Position numbers and translations under genes: made by a program. The notes beneath the pieces are model-generated. The model was not told where the DNA came from. It saw only the letters and a program-made list of their open reading frames with translations, and did no database searches. Source: an uncultured Chloroflexia bacterium (GTDB lineage: Bacteria > Chloroflexota > Limnocylindria > Limnocylindrales > CSP1-4). From it: 64,000 nt of DNA. How positions within the stretch are numbered: position 1 is the stretch's first letter; each line of letters begins with the position of its first letter. This document shows, one piece after another, positions 52,346-61,346 of the stretch. The stretch covers positions 512,001 to 576,000 of the forward strand of contig CAVVJT010000007.1 in the NCBI GenBank assembly GCA_963748625.1, read 5' to 3'.

Positions 52346-55141
52346 ATGGCGTCCTCCCGTCCGATAGCACCGTCCAGCCCCGGGTCCACGGTTCGGCTGG
52401 AGGTCTTCGGCGGGCTGCGCGCCGAGCGGGCCAGCCGCACCGGCGAGATGCACGCCGTCGGCCTGGGGGGCCGCCAGGAGCGGTCCCTGCTGGCGCTGCT
52501 CGTGGTCCACCGCGGGCAGCCCCTCTCCGGCGAACGTCTGGTGGACCTGCTCTGGCCGGACGAGCCGCCGCCCACGGCCGCCAAGATCGTGCAGGTCTAC
52601 GTCGGGCGCCTGCGATCGACATTTGGCCCCGGGGCGATCGCGCGCACCGGAGATGCCTATCGCCTCACCGGGCTGATAGCGGTGGCCTCCGACGAGTTCG
52701 AACGGCTTGTCACCGCGGGGGTCAACGCCGTAGCGTCCGACCCGCTCACGGCTCTGGACCGGTTGGACGAGGCGCTCGCGGGTGCGATTGGCGAACCGTT
52801 CGGGACCGAGGCGGACCTCCACGAGCTGCGGGCAGCAGCGAGCCGGCTCACGGAACGACGCTGGCAGGCGCAGGAAGCGCGGATCGAGCTGCTGCTGCGG
52901 CTCGGCCGTGTGACCGACGTCCTCGCGGAGCTTCCGGGGCTCCTCGCTGCAGACCCGCTCCGCGATTCTGTCCGGCTGACCGGGATCCGCGCGCTGGCCA
53001 TCGCGGGTCGCCGGGCGGAGGCGCTCACCGCCTGCGACGATGCGGTCCGCTTCCTCCGCGACCAGCTCGGGGTCGGGCCGGATCAGGCACTGATCGATCT
53101 CCGGGCACGCGTCGCCGGCGGTGAGCCCGTAGGGCTCCCGCAGATCGAGCGACCGTTCGCACGCATCCTTCCCGAGCAGGCAGCGCCCTTCGTCGGGCGG
53201 GTGGCGGAGTTGCAGGATCTCTGCGACCGGATGCGCCCGGGCCGGTCGCGGATCGTGACCCTCACCGGCGCCGGCGGCAGCGGCAAGACCCGCCTTGCCC
53301 TGGAGGCCGGCGGGCGGCTGGCCCGTGCCTTCAACGACGCGGTCGCCTACGTCGACCTCTCCGGGGCCCGCGCCGGGGCCGAGGTGTGGCCAGTGATCCG
53401 TTCCGTTCTGGGTGTCGAGGGCCAGGACGGCCGAGCTCTTGGCGACGCCCGCTGCCTGCTGGTGATCGACAACCCCGAACGCGTCGAGGACGTCGCTACC
53501 GCCCTCTCGGCGCTCCTGCGTGACGCGCCGCGGCTCCAGGTGCTCGTTGCCTCGAGGGTGGTGGTCCGAGTGGGTGGCGAGGAGGCCTTTGAGGTCGAAC
53601 CGCTCGATGCCGACGACGCCGCGACCTTGTTTGCGGCGCGAGCCGCGGCCACCGGGGCGGCGCCAGAGCCGAGGGTGGTGGTCGACGCGATCTGCAGGCG
53701 ACTCGATCGGCTGCCGCTCGCCATCGAGCTGGCCGCGCTCCGGGCAAGGGCATTGCCCGGTACGGAGCTCGTGAAAGCCCTGAGCCACAGGCTCCCAGTT
53801 CTCGTCGGTGGCGCCGACGATGGCTCCGGCCGCCACCGCACCATCGAGGCGACCATCGCGTGGAGCTACGACCTCCTGCCGCCGCCAGTCCAAGCCGTCT
53901 TCGTCCGGCTCGCCGTCTTCGAGGGCGGGTGGACGGTGCCGGCAGCGTCGGCCGTGTGCGGTGCGACGCTCGAGGACCTCCAGACCCTGGTCGACCACAG
54001 CCTCGTCCGTCGATCGGGAACACGCATGACCATGCTCGACACGATTCACGAGTTCGCGGCTGGTCGGCTCGACGATTCTGGAACGAGCGCCGCGCTCCTC
54101 CAGCGCCACGCAGCGTGGTACCTCGCCGAGGCGCGGCGTCAGGACGCCGACGCTCCGCCTGAGCAGCAGTACCGGATTCTGGAGGACGATGTCCAGAACG
54201 AGCGGCTGGCGATGGCCACGCTCTGCGCCGCGCCGGTCACGGATGCCGCGCTCGAGCTGGCTGACCTGATGTGGATGACCTGGGTGGGCCAGGGGCGATT
54301 CGCCGAAGGAGACGCCGCGTTCGCCGCCGCCGCCGCTCGCCCGTCGACCGGGCGGCCATCCGCTTGGACGCTCTGTGCCTGGGGCGAGCTGCCGCGGGTC
54401 ATGGGGGACCTGGATCGGGCGGAACAGCTCAAGCTCGAGGCGCTCCGAAGACTGCGTGACGACGGACCACCCAGCCAGGTCGCCGCCGTCAACACGGACC
54501 TGGCCGAGATCGCGAGAGCCCGCGGTGACCTCGGTCTCGCGCGAGCGCATGCGTACGAGGCCGTCGCGATCCGACGCTCCATCGGCAACCCGGCGGGCAT
54601 CGTCCACTCGCTCATCGGCCTCGCCGACGTCGAGGCGGACGAGGGCAATCTCGCCGTTGCGGCGTCGCTGCTTGAGGAGGGCATGAGCTATGTCCGTTCC
54701 GTCGGGCGGATCAGTCGCGAGGCCGGCCACTTCGCGGCCTACGTCCCTCTCGCCCTCGCCCGCGTCCGCATCCTGCAGGCGAAGTTCGATGGGACCGCCA
54801 CGCTCATCAGCGAGGGGCTCGACGCGGCGACCCAACTCCGCCTCGTCGACGCGATCGCGCAAGGCATGGCACTTGCGGCAGCGTTGTCCCTGGCGATGGG
54901 TGACCTCTCCGTCGCCGCCCGACTCACAGGTGCCGTAGAGGCGCTTCGCAACCGGTACGGCCTTCCGGACGGGCTCGTACGTGAGCTTGGCGATCCGGTC
55001 GGGACCCTCATTGCGGCCCTCGGAGCGCAGGAGACAAGAGATCTGATGGCCGCTGGGGCTGCGCTTGGCGATGAGGCCGCCATCCGCCTTGCGACTGAGC
55101 CCCTGGAAGACGCCGAGGGGGAGTCTCTGCGGCCGGGCTGA
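52346..55141 (+). CDS. AfsR/SARP-type regulator (wHTH-BTAD-NB-ARC-TPR)
   Basis: LVDLLWPDEPP..VQVYVGRLR, GAGGSGKT, LLVIDN, LPLAIELAA, WSYDLL, TPR-like tail. Confidence 0.9.
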   Translation: MASSRPIAPSSPGSTVRLEVFGGLRAERASRTGEMHAVGLGGRQERSLLALLVVHRGQPLSGERLVDLLWPDEPPPTAAKIVQVYVGRLRSTFGPGAIARTGDAYRLTGLIAVASDEFERLVTAGVNAVASDPLTALDRLDEALAGAIGEPFGTEADLHELRAAASRLTERRWQAQEARIELLLRLGRVTDVLAELPGLLAADPLRDSVRLTGIRALAIAGRRAEALTACDDAVRFLRDQLGVGPDQALIDLRARVAGGEPVGLPQIERPFARILPEQAAPFVGRVAELQDLCDRMRPGRSRIVTLTGAGGSGKTRLALEAGGRLARAFNDAVAYVDLSGARAGAEVWPVIRSVLGVEGQDGRALGDARCLLVIDNPERVEDVATALSALLRDAPRLQVLVASRVVVRVGGEEAFEVEPLDADDAATLFAARAAATGAAPEPRVVVDAICRRLDRLPLAIELAALRARALPGTELVKALSHRLPVLVGGADDGSGRHRTIEATIAWSYDLLPPPVQAVFVRLAVFEGGWTVPAASAVCGATLEDLQTLVDHSLVRRSGTRMTMLDTIHEFAAGRLDDSGTSAALLQRHAAWYLAEARRQDADAPPEQQYRILEDDVQNERLAMATLCAAPVTDAALELADLMWMTWVGQGRFAEGDAAFAAAAARPSTGRPSAWTLCAWGELPRVMGDLDRAEQLKLEALRRLRDDGPPSQVAAVNTDLAEIARARGDLGLARAHAYEAVAIRRSIGNPAGIVHSLIGLADVEADEGNLAVAASLLEEGMSYVRSVGRISREAGHFAAYVPLALARVRILQAKFDGTATLISEGLDAATQLRLVDAIAQGMALAAALSLAMGDLSVAARLTGAVEALRNRYGLPDGLVRELGDPVGTLIAALGAQETRDLMAAGAALGDEAAIRLATEPLEDAEGESLRPG

Positions 55142-55294
55142 ACGCTATCCGCGGGACCCGTGCAGGGGCCGGATTCGACAGAGGGCGTATGGTGGGGGTG
55201 CTGGCAGTGTGCCGGCGCCTCGCGTGGCCTCCCTCTTCTTCTCGAACGGGTCGTGCGTCCTCTCCTCGGTTCGAGTTGAGAAAGAGCTAACCCC

Positions 55295-55498
55295 ATGGCC
55301 CACGGGACCATCAAGAAGATCGTCGCTGATCGCGGCTTCGGATTCATCGCGGACGAGGACGGGAAGGACTACTTCTTCCATCGCGACAGCCTCGTGTCGC
55401 CCCTCAACTTCGCCAGCCTTGTCGGCGGCGAGGCTGTCACCTTCGAGATCCAGGATGATCCGAAGGGCAAGCGCGCTGTCCAGGTGACTGCCGCCTAG
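55295..55498 (+). CDS. Cold-shock domain protein
   Basis: RGFGFI (RNP1), YFFH (RNP2), VTFEI..KGKRA. Confidence 0.93.
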   Translation: MAHGTIKKIVADRGFGFIADEDGKDYFFHRDSLVSPLNFASLVGGEAVTFEIQDDPKGKRAVQVTAA

Positions 55499-55627
55499 GC
55501 CATTCCGGTTGAACTGAACCGGACGGGATCGGCCTCCGCCGAACCCCGCCCGGTTCTCCCGGTTTGTCCCGCGACCGCGCCGGCGCGGTTCCGCGCCCGG
55601 CGTGCTCGCTCCTTGAACGGAGCATCC

Positions 55628-56821
55628 ATGACGCGCACCGCCTTCGTCTCCACCTACGTGCCGCACCGCTGCGGCATCGCCACCTTCACCAGCGACCTCG
55701 CGGCCGCCACCGGACCGCACCAGGTGGTCGCGCTGCACCCGGTCACGGGCCCCGCGACCTATCCCACTGCCGTCCGCCACCGCATCCGGCGCGACCACCA
55801 CGCGGACTACCTCGTCGTGGCCGAGGCGCTCAACGCGTCCGACATCGACGCGGTCTCCATCCAGCACGAGTACGGAATCTGGGGCGGCACCGACGGCGCC
55901 TACGTCCTGGACTTCGTGCGCGCGCTGCACATCCCCGTCGTGACGACGCTGCACACTGTCCTGCGGACGCCGACGCCGTCGCAGCGCGCCGTCCTTGTCT
56001 CGCTGATCGGCATGTCCGCGGTCACGGTGGTCATGTCGAATGCCGCGGCCGCCGTGCTCGGCAGCGCCTACGGCATCGCCTCGGACCGGGTCCGGGTGGT
56101 CCCGCACGGCGTGCCCAACCTGCCGCTGGTCGACCCCGAGACGATGAAGCCCGGACTGGGGCTCGAAGGGCGCCTGGTCATCCTGAGCTTCGGCCTCCTG
56201 GGCCCCGGCAAGGGCTACGAGTCGGTCATCGAGGCGATGCCCGCCGTCGCCGCGGCCGTCCCCTCGGCGCTGTACGTGGTGCTCGGGGCGACCCACCCCG
56301 ACCTGCTCGCCCGCGAAGGCGAGGCCTACCGCACCCGCCTGGAGAACGCGGCTCGGGACCTCGAGGTGACCGGCAATGTGCGGTTCGTCGACCGCTATGT
56401 CGGCCGGACGGAGCTCGGCCGGTGGCTTGAGGCCGCCGACATCTTCGTGACGCCGTACCCGAACATGGACCAGATCGTCTCGGGGACCCTGTCCTACGCC
56501 ATGGGCGCGGGCAGGCCGGTGGTCTCCACGCCCTACGCCTACGCCCGCGAGCGGCTGACAGGCGGGCGGGGGCGGCTCGTGCCCTCGGGTTCGACCGATG
56601 CGATGGCGCAGTCGCTCATCTCGCTGCTGGGCGACCCTGAGGCACGCCGCGTGATGGGCCGGCGGGCGTACGAGTACACGCGCCACATGACCTGGACCGA
56701 GGTCGGGGCGACGTACGCGGAGATCTTCGCGGAGGTGGCCCGACGGCCCATGCCGTCGCTGGTGTCGTCGCGCGTGCCGTCGCACGCGCCGATGCCGAAC
56801 CTTGCGACCGCCCGTGTTTGA
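55628..56821 (+). CDS. GT4 glycosyltransferase
   Basis: CGIATFT, IQHEYGIWGG, TTLHTV, FGLLGPGKG, SGTLSYAMG. Confidence 0.9.
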   Translation: MTRTAFVSTYVPHRCGIATFTSDLAAATGPHQVVALHPVTGPATYPTAVRHRIRRDHHADYLVVAEALNASDIDAVSIQHEYGIWGGTDGAYVLDFVRALHIPVVTTLHTVLRTPTPSQRAVLVSLIGMSAVTVVMSNAAAAVLGSAYGIASDRVRVVPHGVPNLPLVDPETMKPGLGLEGRLVILSFGLLGPGKGYESVIEAMPAVAAAVPSALYVVLGATHPDLLAREGEAYRTRLENAARDLEVTGNVRFVDRYVGRTELGRWLEAADIFVTPYPNMDQIVSGTLSYAMGAGRPVVSTPYAYARERLTGGRGRLVPSGSTDAMAQSLISLLGDPEARRVMGRRAYEYTRHMTWTEVGATYAEIFAEVARRPMPSLVSSRVPSHAPMPNLATARV

Positions 56822-57998
56822 GCCGGTGTTCGCCCCCGTGCGCCCGCGCCTTCCCGGACCCCCCGTACCAGCGCGGCCGGCAGCCGGCCAGGTCCTCCGT
56901 CCGGCGACCGGCCTCCAGCCGCTCCACCCGGTGGTGCGCCACCACCTCCACGAGCTCTCCGGTCCCTTCGGGATCTGGCAGCACGCTCGCGGGACGATGG
57001 CGGACCCCGCGTTCGGCTCGTGCACCGATGACGTCGCACGCTCCCTGCAGGTGGACCAGGCACACGCCCGCACCGTGGGGGTGGACGTGGTCGCCGACAA
57101 CGCCGATCAGGCCCTCACCTTCCTCGAGGACGCCTTCGACCCGACCCGCCGTCGCTTCCGCAACTTCCGGGGAGCGGGCGGTGGCTGGGATCGGGCTGAG
57201 CCCTCCGAGGACTCGCAGGGCCGGGCGATGGCCGCGCTCGGCAGCGCCATGGCATGGACCGAGGCTCCCGGGCTCGCCGAGCGGGCCCGGCTCCTGCTCG
57301 AGGCATCCCTGACCAGCATGCATCGCATCCGGGCGATCCGCGCCGTTGCCTCATGTGCCATCGGGTACGTGGCGGCACTCGACGCGCTCCCCGCTCGCGA
57401 CCCGCTCCACCAGGACGTGGAAGCGGCGCTCCGGCAGGCGGCCGGGACCCTCCGCTTCGCGTTCGCTCCGGCCCGGGGGCCGCGCCACGACCCCGACTGG
57501 CCGTGGCCGGACAAGATCCTCACCTATGAGACGAGCCTGCCGGCGAGCGCGCTGGTGCTCGCAGGGCAATGGCTGGGCGACCAGCTGCTGGTGGACCAGG
57601 GCCTGGCCACCATCGACTGGCTCATCCGCGTCCAGACCGGGCAGGACGGCAGGTTCTCGCCGGTCGGCAACGCCGGCTGGTGGCCCAAGGGCGGCGAGCG
57701 GGCGCAGTACGACCAGCAGCCGATCGAGGCGGCCACGACGATCGCGGCCTGCCAGGTGGCGTTGGCGGTGGCCGACGACCGCCGCTACCGGGCTGCCGCG
57801 GAAGCCGCGTACGGCTGGTTCCTGGGCGCCAACGACACGGGTGTGCCCGTGGCAACCCCGTCCACGGGCGGCTGCCACGACGGGCTCGAGCCGGACGGCG
57901 TCAACGCCAACCAGGGTGCCGAGTCGACGCTCGCGTGGCTCATGGCCCTGGAGCGGATCCGGGTGCTGCGCGAGACGCCGGCCGGGAACGGGCGATGA
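56814..57998 (+). CDS. Glycosidase-like (alpha/alpha) domain protein, related to the C-terminal domain often fused to this GT4 type
   Basis: GIWQHA..CTDDVAR, SEDSQGR, YDQQPIE, WFLGAND, GGCHDGL..NQGAESTL; start uncertain. Confidence 0.75.
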   Translation: MFEPVFAPVRPRLPGPPVPARPAAGQVLRPATGLQPLHPVVRHHLHELSGPFGIWQHARGTMADPAFGSCTDDVARSLQVDQAHARTVGVDVVADNADQALTFLEDAFDPTRRRFRNFRGAGGGWDRAEPSEDSQGRAMAALGSAMAWTEAPGLAERARLLLEASLTSMHRIRAIRAVASCAIGYVAALDALPARDPLHQDVEAALRQAAGTLRFAFAPARGPRHDPDWPWPDKILTYETSLPASALVLAGQWLGDQLLVDQGLATIDWLIRVQTGQDGRFSPVGNAGWWPKGGERAQYDQQPIEAATTIAACQVALAVADDRRYRAAAEAAYGWFLGANDTGVPVATPSTGGCHDGLEPDGVNANQGAESTLAWLMALERIRVLRETPAGNGR

Positions 57999-58990
57999 TT
58001 GCGATGGTGCCCCAGCCCAGCGGGGACGGCGACCTGTTCACCCGGCATCCGGCCAACCCCCTGCTCACGGCTGCCGACCTCCCGCTCCGCGCGAACGCCG
58101 TGTTCAACCCGGGCGTCGCCCGGGTTGGCGGGGACACGATCCTCCTGCTGCGGATCGAGGACCTGCGCGGCATCTCACACCTCCGGGTGGCCCGCAGCGC
58201 CGACGGCGCGACGGACTGGCGGATCGACCCCGAGCCCCTGCTGGCCGCGGACCCGGAGCTCCATCCCGAGGAGATCTGGGGCTGCGAGGACCCGCGCCTC
58301 ACGTGGCACGAGGAGCTGGAGCGCTGGACGATCGCCTACACGGCCTACAGCCGGCGCGGTCCGCTTGTTGCGCTTGCGACGACCGCGGACTTCACCGACG
58401 TTCGCCGGATGGGGCCCGTGATGCCCCCCGAGGACAAGGACGCCGCACTGTTCCCGCGCCGGTTCGGCGGCCGCTGGGCGATGCTCCACCGACCGTCACC
58501 GCTGCGTGGCAACGCCCACATCTGGATCTCGTACTCACCGGATCTGCGCCACTGGGGCGACCACGGGCTGCTGCTCGAGGCGCGCGACGGGGCGTGGTGG
58601 GACGCCGGGAAGATCGGCCTGGGGCCGCCGCCGCTCGAGACGCCCGAAGGGTGGCTCATCTGCTACCACGGCGTGCACCAGACCTCGGCCGGCCCGATCT
58701 ACCGGATCGGCCTGGCGCTCCTGGATCTCGACGACCCGCGGATCGTGCTCCGTCGCACGGACGAGTGGGTGATGGGGCCGTCCGCCCCCTACGAGATCCA
58801 CGGGGATGTCAACAAGGTGGTGTTCCCCAATGGATGGGTGCATGACCCGGTCACGGACGTGCTCTCCATGTACTACGGGGCGGGCGATTCGGCCGTGGCG
58901 CTCGCGACGGCGACGCTGACGGATGTGCTCGCACGGGTGATGGCCGCTCCGCAGCCGCATCAGCGCCGCGCAGGGGACCCCGGCGCGTAG
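57995..58990 (+). CDS. GH130 family glycosidase/mannoside phosphorylase
   Basis: VFNPG, GCEDPR, DKDAALFP, KIGLGPPP, YHGV, VVFPNG, YYGAGD. Confidence 0.9.
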   Translation: MIAMVPQPSGDGDLFTRHPANPLLTAADLPLRANAVFNPGVARVGGDTILLLRIEDLRGISHLRVARSADGATDWRIDPEPLLAADPELHPEEIWGCEDPRLTWHEELERWTIAYTAYSRRGPLVALATTADFTDVRRMGPVMPPEDKDAALFPRRFGGRWAMLHRPSPLRGNAHIWISYSPDLRHWGDHGLLLEARDGAWWDAGKIGLGPPPLETPEGWLICYHGVHQTSAGPIYRIGLALLDLDDPRIVLRRTDEWVMGPSAPYEIHGDVNKVVFPNGWVHDPVTDVLSMYYGAGDSAVALATATLTDVLARVMAAPQPHQRRAGDPGA

Positions 58991-59056
58991 CGGACACGGC
59001 TCGCAGGCGGCACAGGCATGGTCCCGAGGGTGCTCCGCCGCGACCGCCTCGTGACA

Positions 59057-59089
59057 GATGCCATACACAGGTGGCATCATAGGTGGCAT
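59057..59089 (+). promoter_or_regulatory. Operator of the TA operon: GATGCCA-N8-TGGCATC plus AGGTGGCAT direct repeat
   Basis: Palindrome directly upstream of ATG 59088. Confidence 0.65.
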
Positions 59090-59411
59090 GGAGAAGACGA
59101 CGGTCTACCTGAGCGCGGAGCAGAAGGCCGCCCTGGCCACCACCGCGCGGGTTGAGGGGCGGAGCGAGGCGACGCTGATCCGCGCCGGGATCGACATCGT
59201 GACCGCCCGGCATCGCACTGGCGAGGTGCCGGCACCGTACGCATCCACTGAGGATGGCCAGACGGAGGAGGTCAGCGTGCCGCGCCGGCCGCGCTGGATC
59301 TCACGCGAAGTCTTTATCCGGGACTTCCTCAACCACCAGGCAGACGCGGGTCTGCGCGTCGACCTCCGCGAGCTCGCGGGCGGCACAACGGACGACGAGC
59401 CGATCCCGTGA
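59088..59411 (+). CDS. Antitoxin with RHH/CopG N-terminus (VapB-like)
   Basis: MEKTTVYLS..SEATLIRAGI; GTGA overlap with the PIN toxin. Confidence 0.8.
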   Translation: MEKTTVYLSAEQKAALATTARVEGRSEATLIRAGIDIVTARHRTGEVPAPYASTEDGQTEEVSVPRRPRWISREVFIRDFLNHQADAGLRVDLRELAGGTTDDEPIP

Positions 59412-59794
59412 GCGACGCCATTGTGGACACGAGCGTGTTCATCGCGGCAGAGACCGGCAGGAGCCTTCGCTTGGCTGACCTGCCGCAGCGGCTCGCCGTG
59501 TCGGTCATCACGATCGGCGAGCTTCGGGCCGGTGTCCTCGCGGCGCCGGACCTCGCGACCCGCGATGCGCGCCTGGCGACGCTGACGGCCGCGCTGGCAC
59601 TTGACCCGTTGCCGGTCGACGTCGAAGTTGCGGCTGCGTGGGCGCATCTCCGCGTGCTGCTGCGTGTGGCAGGAGCCCGCATGGAAGTGAATGACAGCTG
59701 GATCGCGGCGACTGCGCTGCGGATGGGCGTGCCGGTCGTGACCCAGGATGGCGGCTACCCCGAGCTTCCGGGCCTCGAGATCATCCGCGTCTGA
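59408..59794 (+). CDS. vapC: PIN-domain toxin VapC
   Basis: VDTSVFI, SVITIGEL, NDSWIAATA, VVTQD. Confidence 0.9.
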   Translation: MSDAIVDTSVFIAAETGRSLRLADLPQRLAVSVITIGELRAGVLAAPDLATRDARLATLTAALALDPLPVDVEVAAAWAHLRVLLRVAGARMEVNDSWIAATALRMGVPVVTQDGGYPELPGLEIIRV

Positions 59795-59890
59795 CGCACG
59801 GCCTGGGCGAGGTTGCCATCGCTGGCTCGAGCCAGCGCACGGCGGCATGGTCGTGCTGCCTTTCTTGTCGTCGCGTCGGGTATCCGGTGA

Positions 59891-59943
59891 CACGGGCCGT
59901 GTCGGGCGCACGGGCCGTGTCGGGCGCACGGGCCGTGTCGGGC
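59891..59943. repeat. 18 bp tandem repeat (CACGGGCCGTGTCGGGCG) x3
   Basis: Units at 59891, 59909 and 59927. Confidence 0.9.
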
Positions 59944-60108
59944 ATGCACAGGAAGCAATACTTGAGCCCCGGACTGCCGCGGAAGTGCTCCAGAGGCATC
60001 GTCACGACAGGAATTGGCCGTCAAGATGGCCGAGACTGCACTCTGGCTGCTCCTGGCGCAACGGCACGGCGTGACGCCCCCGAGGTATTGCTTTGAGTGC
60101 ACTGCCCG
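59939..60108. repeat. ~170 bp element with ~27 bp imperfect terminal inverted repeats
   Basis: Left CGGGCATGCACAGGAAGCAATACTTG; reverse complement of right CGGGCAGTGCACTCAAAGCAATACCTCG. Confidence 0.75.
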
Positions 60109-60289
60109 CCACTGTCGACAGGCGACGGCCGACGACAGCGAGGGCCGGCTGACGGGACGGGACGGCGGTGCGACCGACCTGCAACGCGCACGGGGCCACC
60201 CGCAGGCCTAGACTGGACGTGGCGACTGGACGCGACGCCATCGCCATCCCTGCCGCCCGTCGCGCGGCCGCCCATTGGAGACAGCCCTG

Positions 60290-61195
60290 ATGCGCATCGG
60301 CTTCATCGGTCTCGGCCGAATGGGCGCGAACATGGTTCGTCGCCTGGTCCAGCATGACCACGAGGTCGCGATCTACAACCGCACGGCCGAGAAGACCACC
60401 GAGCTTGCCAAGGAGCACGCCGGCATCGTGCCCGCCTACTCCATCGCGGAGCTGGTCGGTGCGCTTGCGAAACCACGCGCGGTGTGGGTGATGGTCCCCG
60501 CGGGCGACGCCACCGAGGCCCAGATCGAAGATCTCCTCGAGCACCTGGAGCCGGGCGACACCATCATCGACGGCGGCAACACCAACTTCCACGATGACGT
60601 CCGCCGGCATGCCGCGCTCAAGGCGAAGGGCATCGAGTACGTCGATGCCGGCACCAGCGGCGGCATCTGGGGCCTCCAGGTGGGCTACGCGCTGATGGTC
60701 GGCGGGGACGACGCGGCCGTGCAGGCGCTCGAGCCTGTCTTCACCAGCCTCGCCCCTGAGGGCGGCTACCTGCACACGGGCGGCCCGGGCTCGGGCCACT
60801 ACGTGAAGATGGTCCACAACGGCATCGAGTACGGCTTGATGCAGGCCTATGCCGAAGGCTTCGAGATCATGCACGCCTCGGCGTACGACCTGGACCTCGG
60901 CGCCATCAGCGAGATGTGGATGCATGGCTCCGTCGTCCGCTCCTGGCTGCTGGAGCTCGCCGTCCGCGCGTTCAAGGCGAACGGCCAGGACCTCGACACG
61001 CTCAAAGGCTGGGTCGCGGACTCCGGCGAGGGCCGCTGGACCGTCCAGGAGGCGCTCGACCTCGACGTGCCGGCGCCGATCATCACGCTGTCCCTCCAGA
61101 CCCGCTTGCGCTCCCGCCAGGACGACTCCTACGGCGCGAAGGTGCTCGCCGCGCTGCGCAACGAGTTCGGCGGGCACGCGGTCAAGACCGGGTAG
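60290..61195 (+). CDS. gnd: 6-phosphogluconate dehydrogenase, short (YqeC-type)
   Basis: GLGRMG, IDGGN, DAGTSGG, KMVHNGIEYG, LRNEFGGH. Confidence 0.96.
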   Translation: MRIGFIGLGRMGANMVRRLVQHDHEVAIYNRTAEKTTELAKEHAGIVPAYSIAELVGALAKPRAVWVMVPAGDATEAQIEDLLEHLEPGDTIIDGGNTNFHDDVRRHAALKAKGIEYVDAGTSGGIWGLQVGYALMVGGDDAAVQALEPVFTSLAPEGGYLHTGGPGSGHYVKMVHNGIEYGLMQAYAEGFEIMHASAYDLDLGAISEMWMHGSVVRSWLLELAVRAFKANGQDLDTLKGWVADSGEGRWTVQEALDLDVPAPIITLSLQTRLRSRQDDSYGAKVLAALRNEFGGHAVKTG

Positions 61196-61236
61196 CCAGC
61201 GTGGCAGTCAAGCGCCAGCCGAGCACGTCCTCCGGG

Positions 61237-61322
61237 GGAACGCCGGCCGCTGCGGGCACCCCGGCCCCGCGGGCACCCCGGCCGCTGCGGGCACCCCGGC
61301 CGCTGCGGGGACCCCGGCACCC
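61237..61322 (+). repeat. 18 bp tandem repeat (GTPAAA codons) with one 17 bp unit
   Basis: Units at 61237, 61255 (17 nt), 61272, 61290 and 61308 (partial). Confidence 0.85.
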
Positions 61323-61346
61323 GCCCGCAAGGAGGCGCCGCGCACG

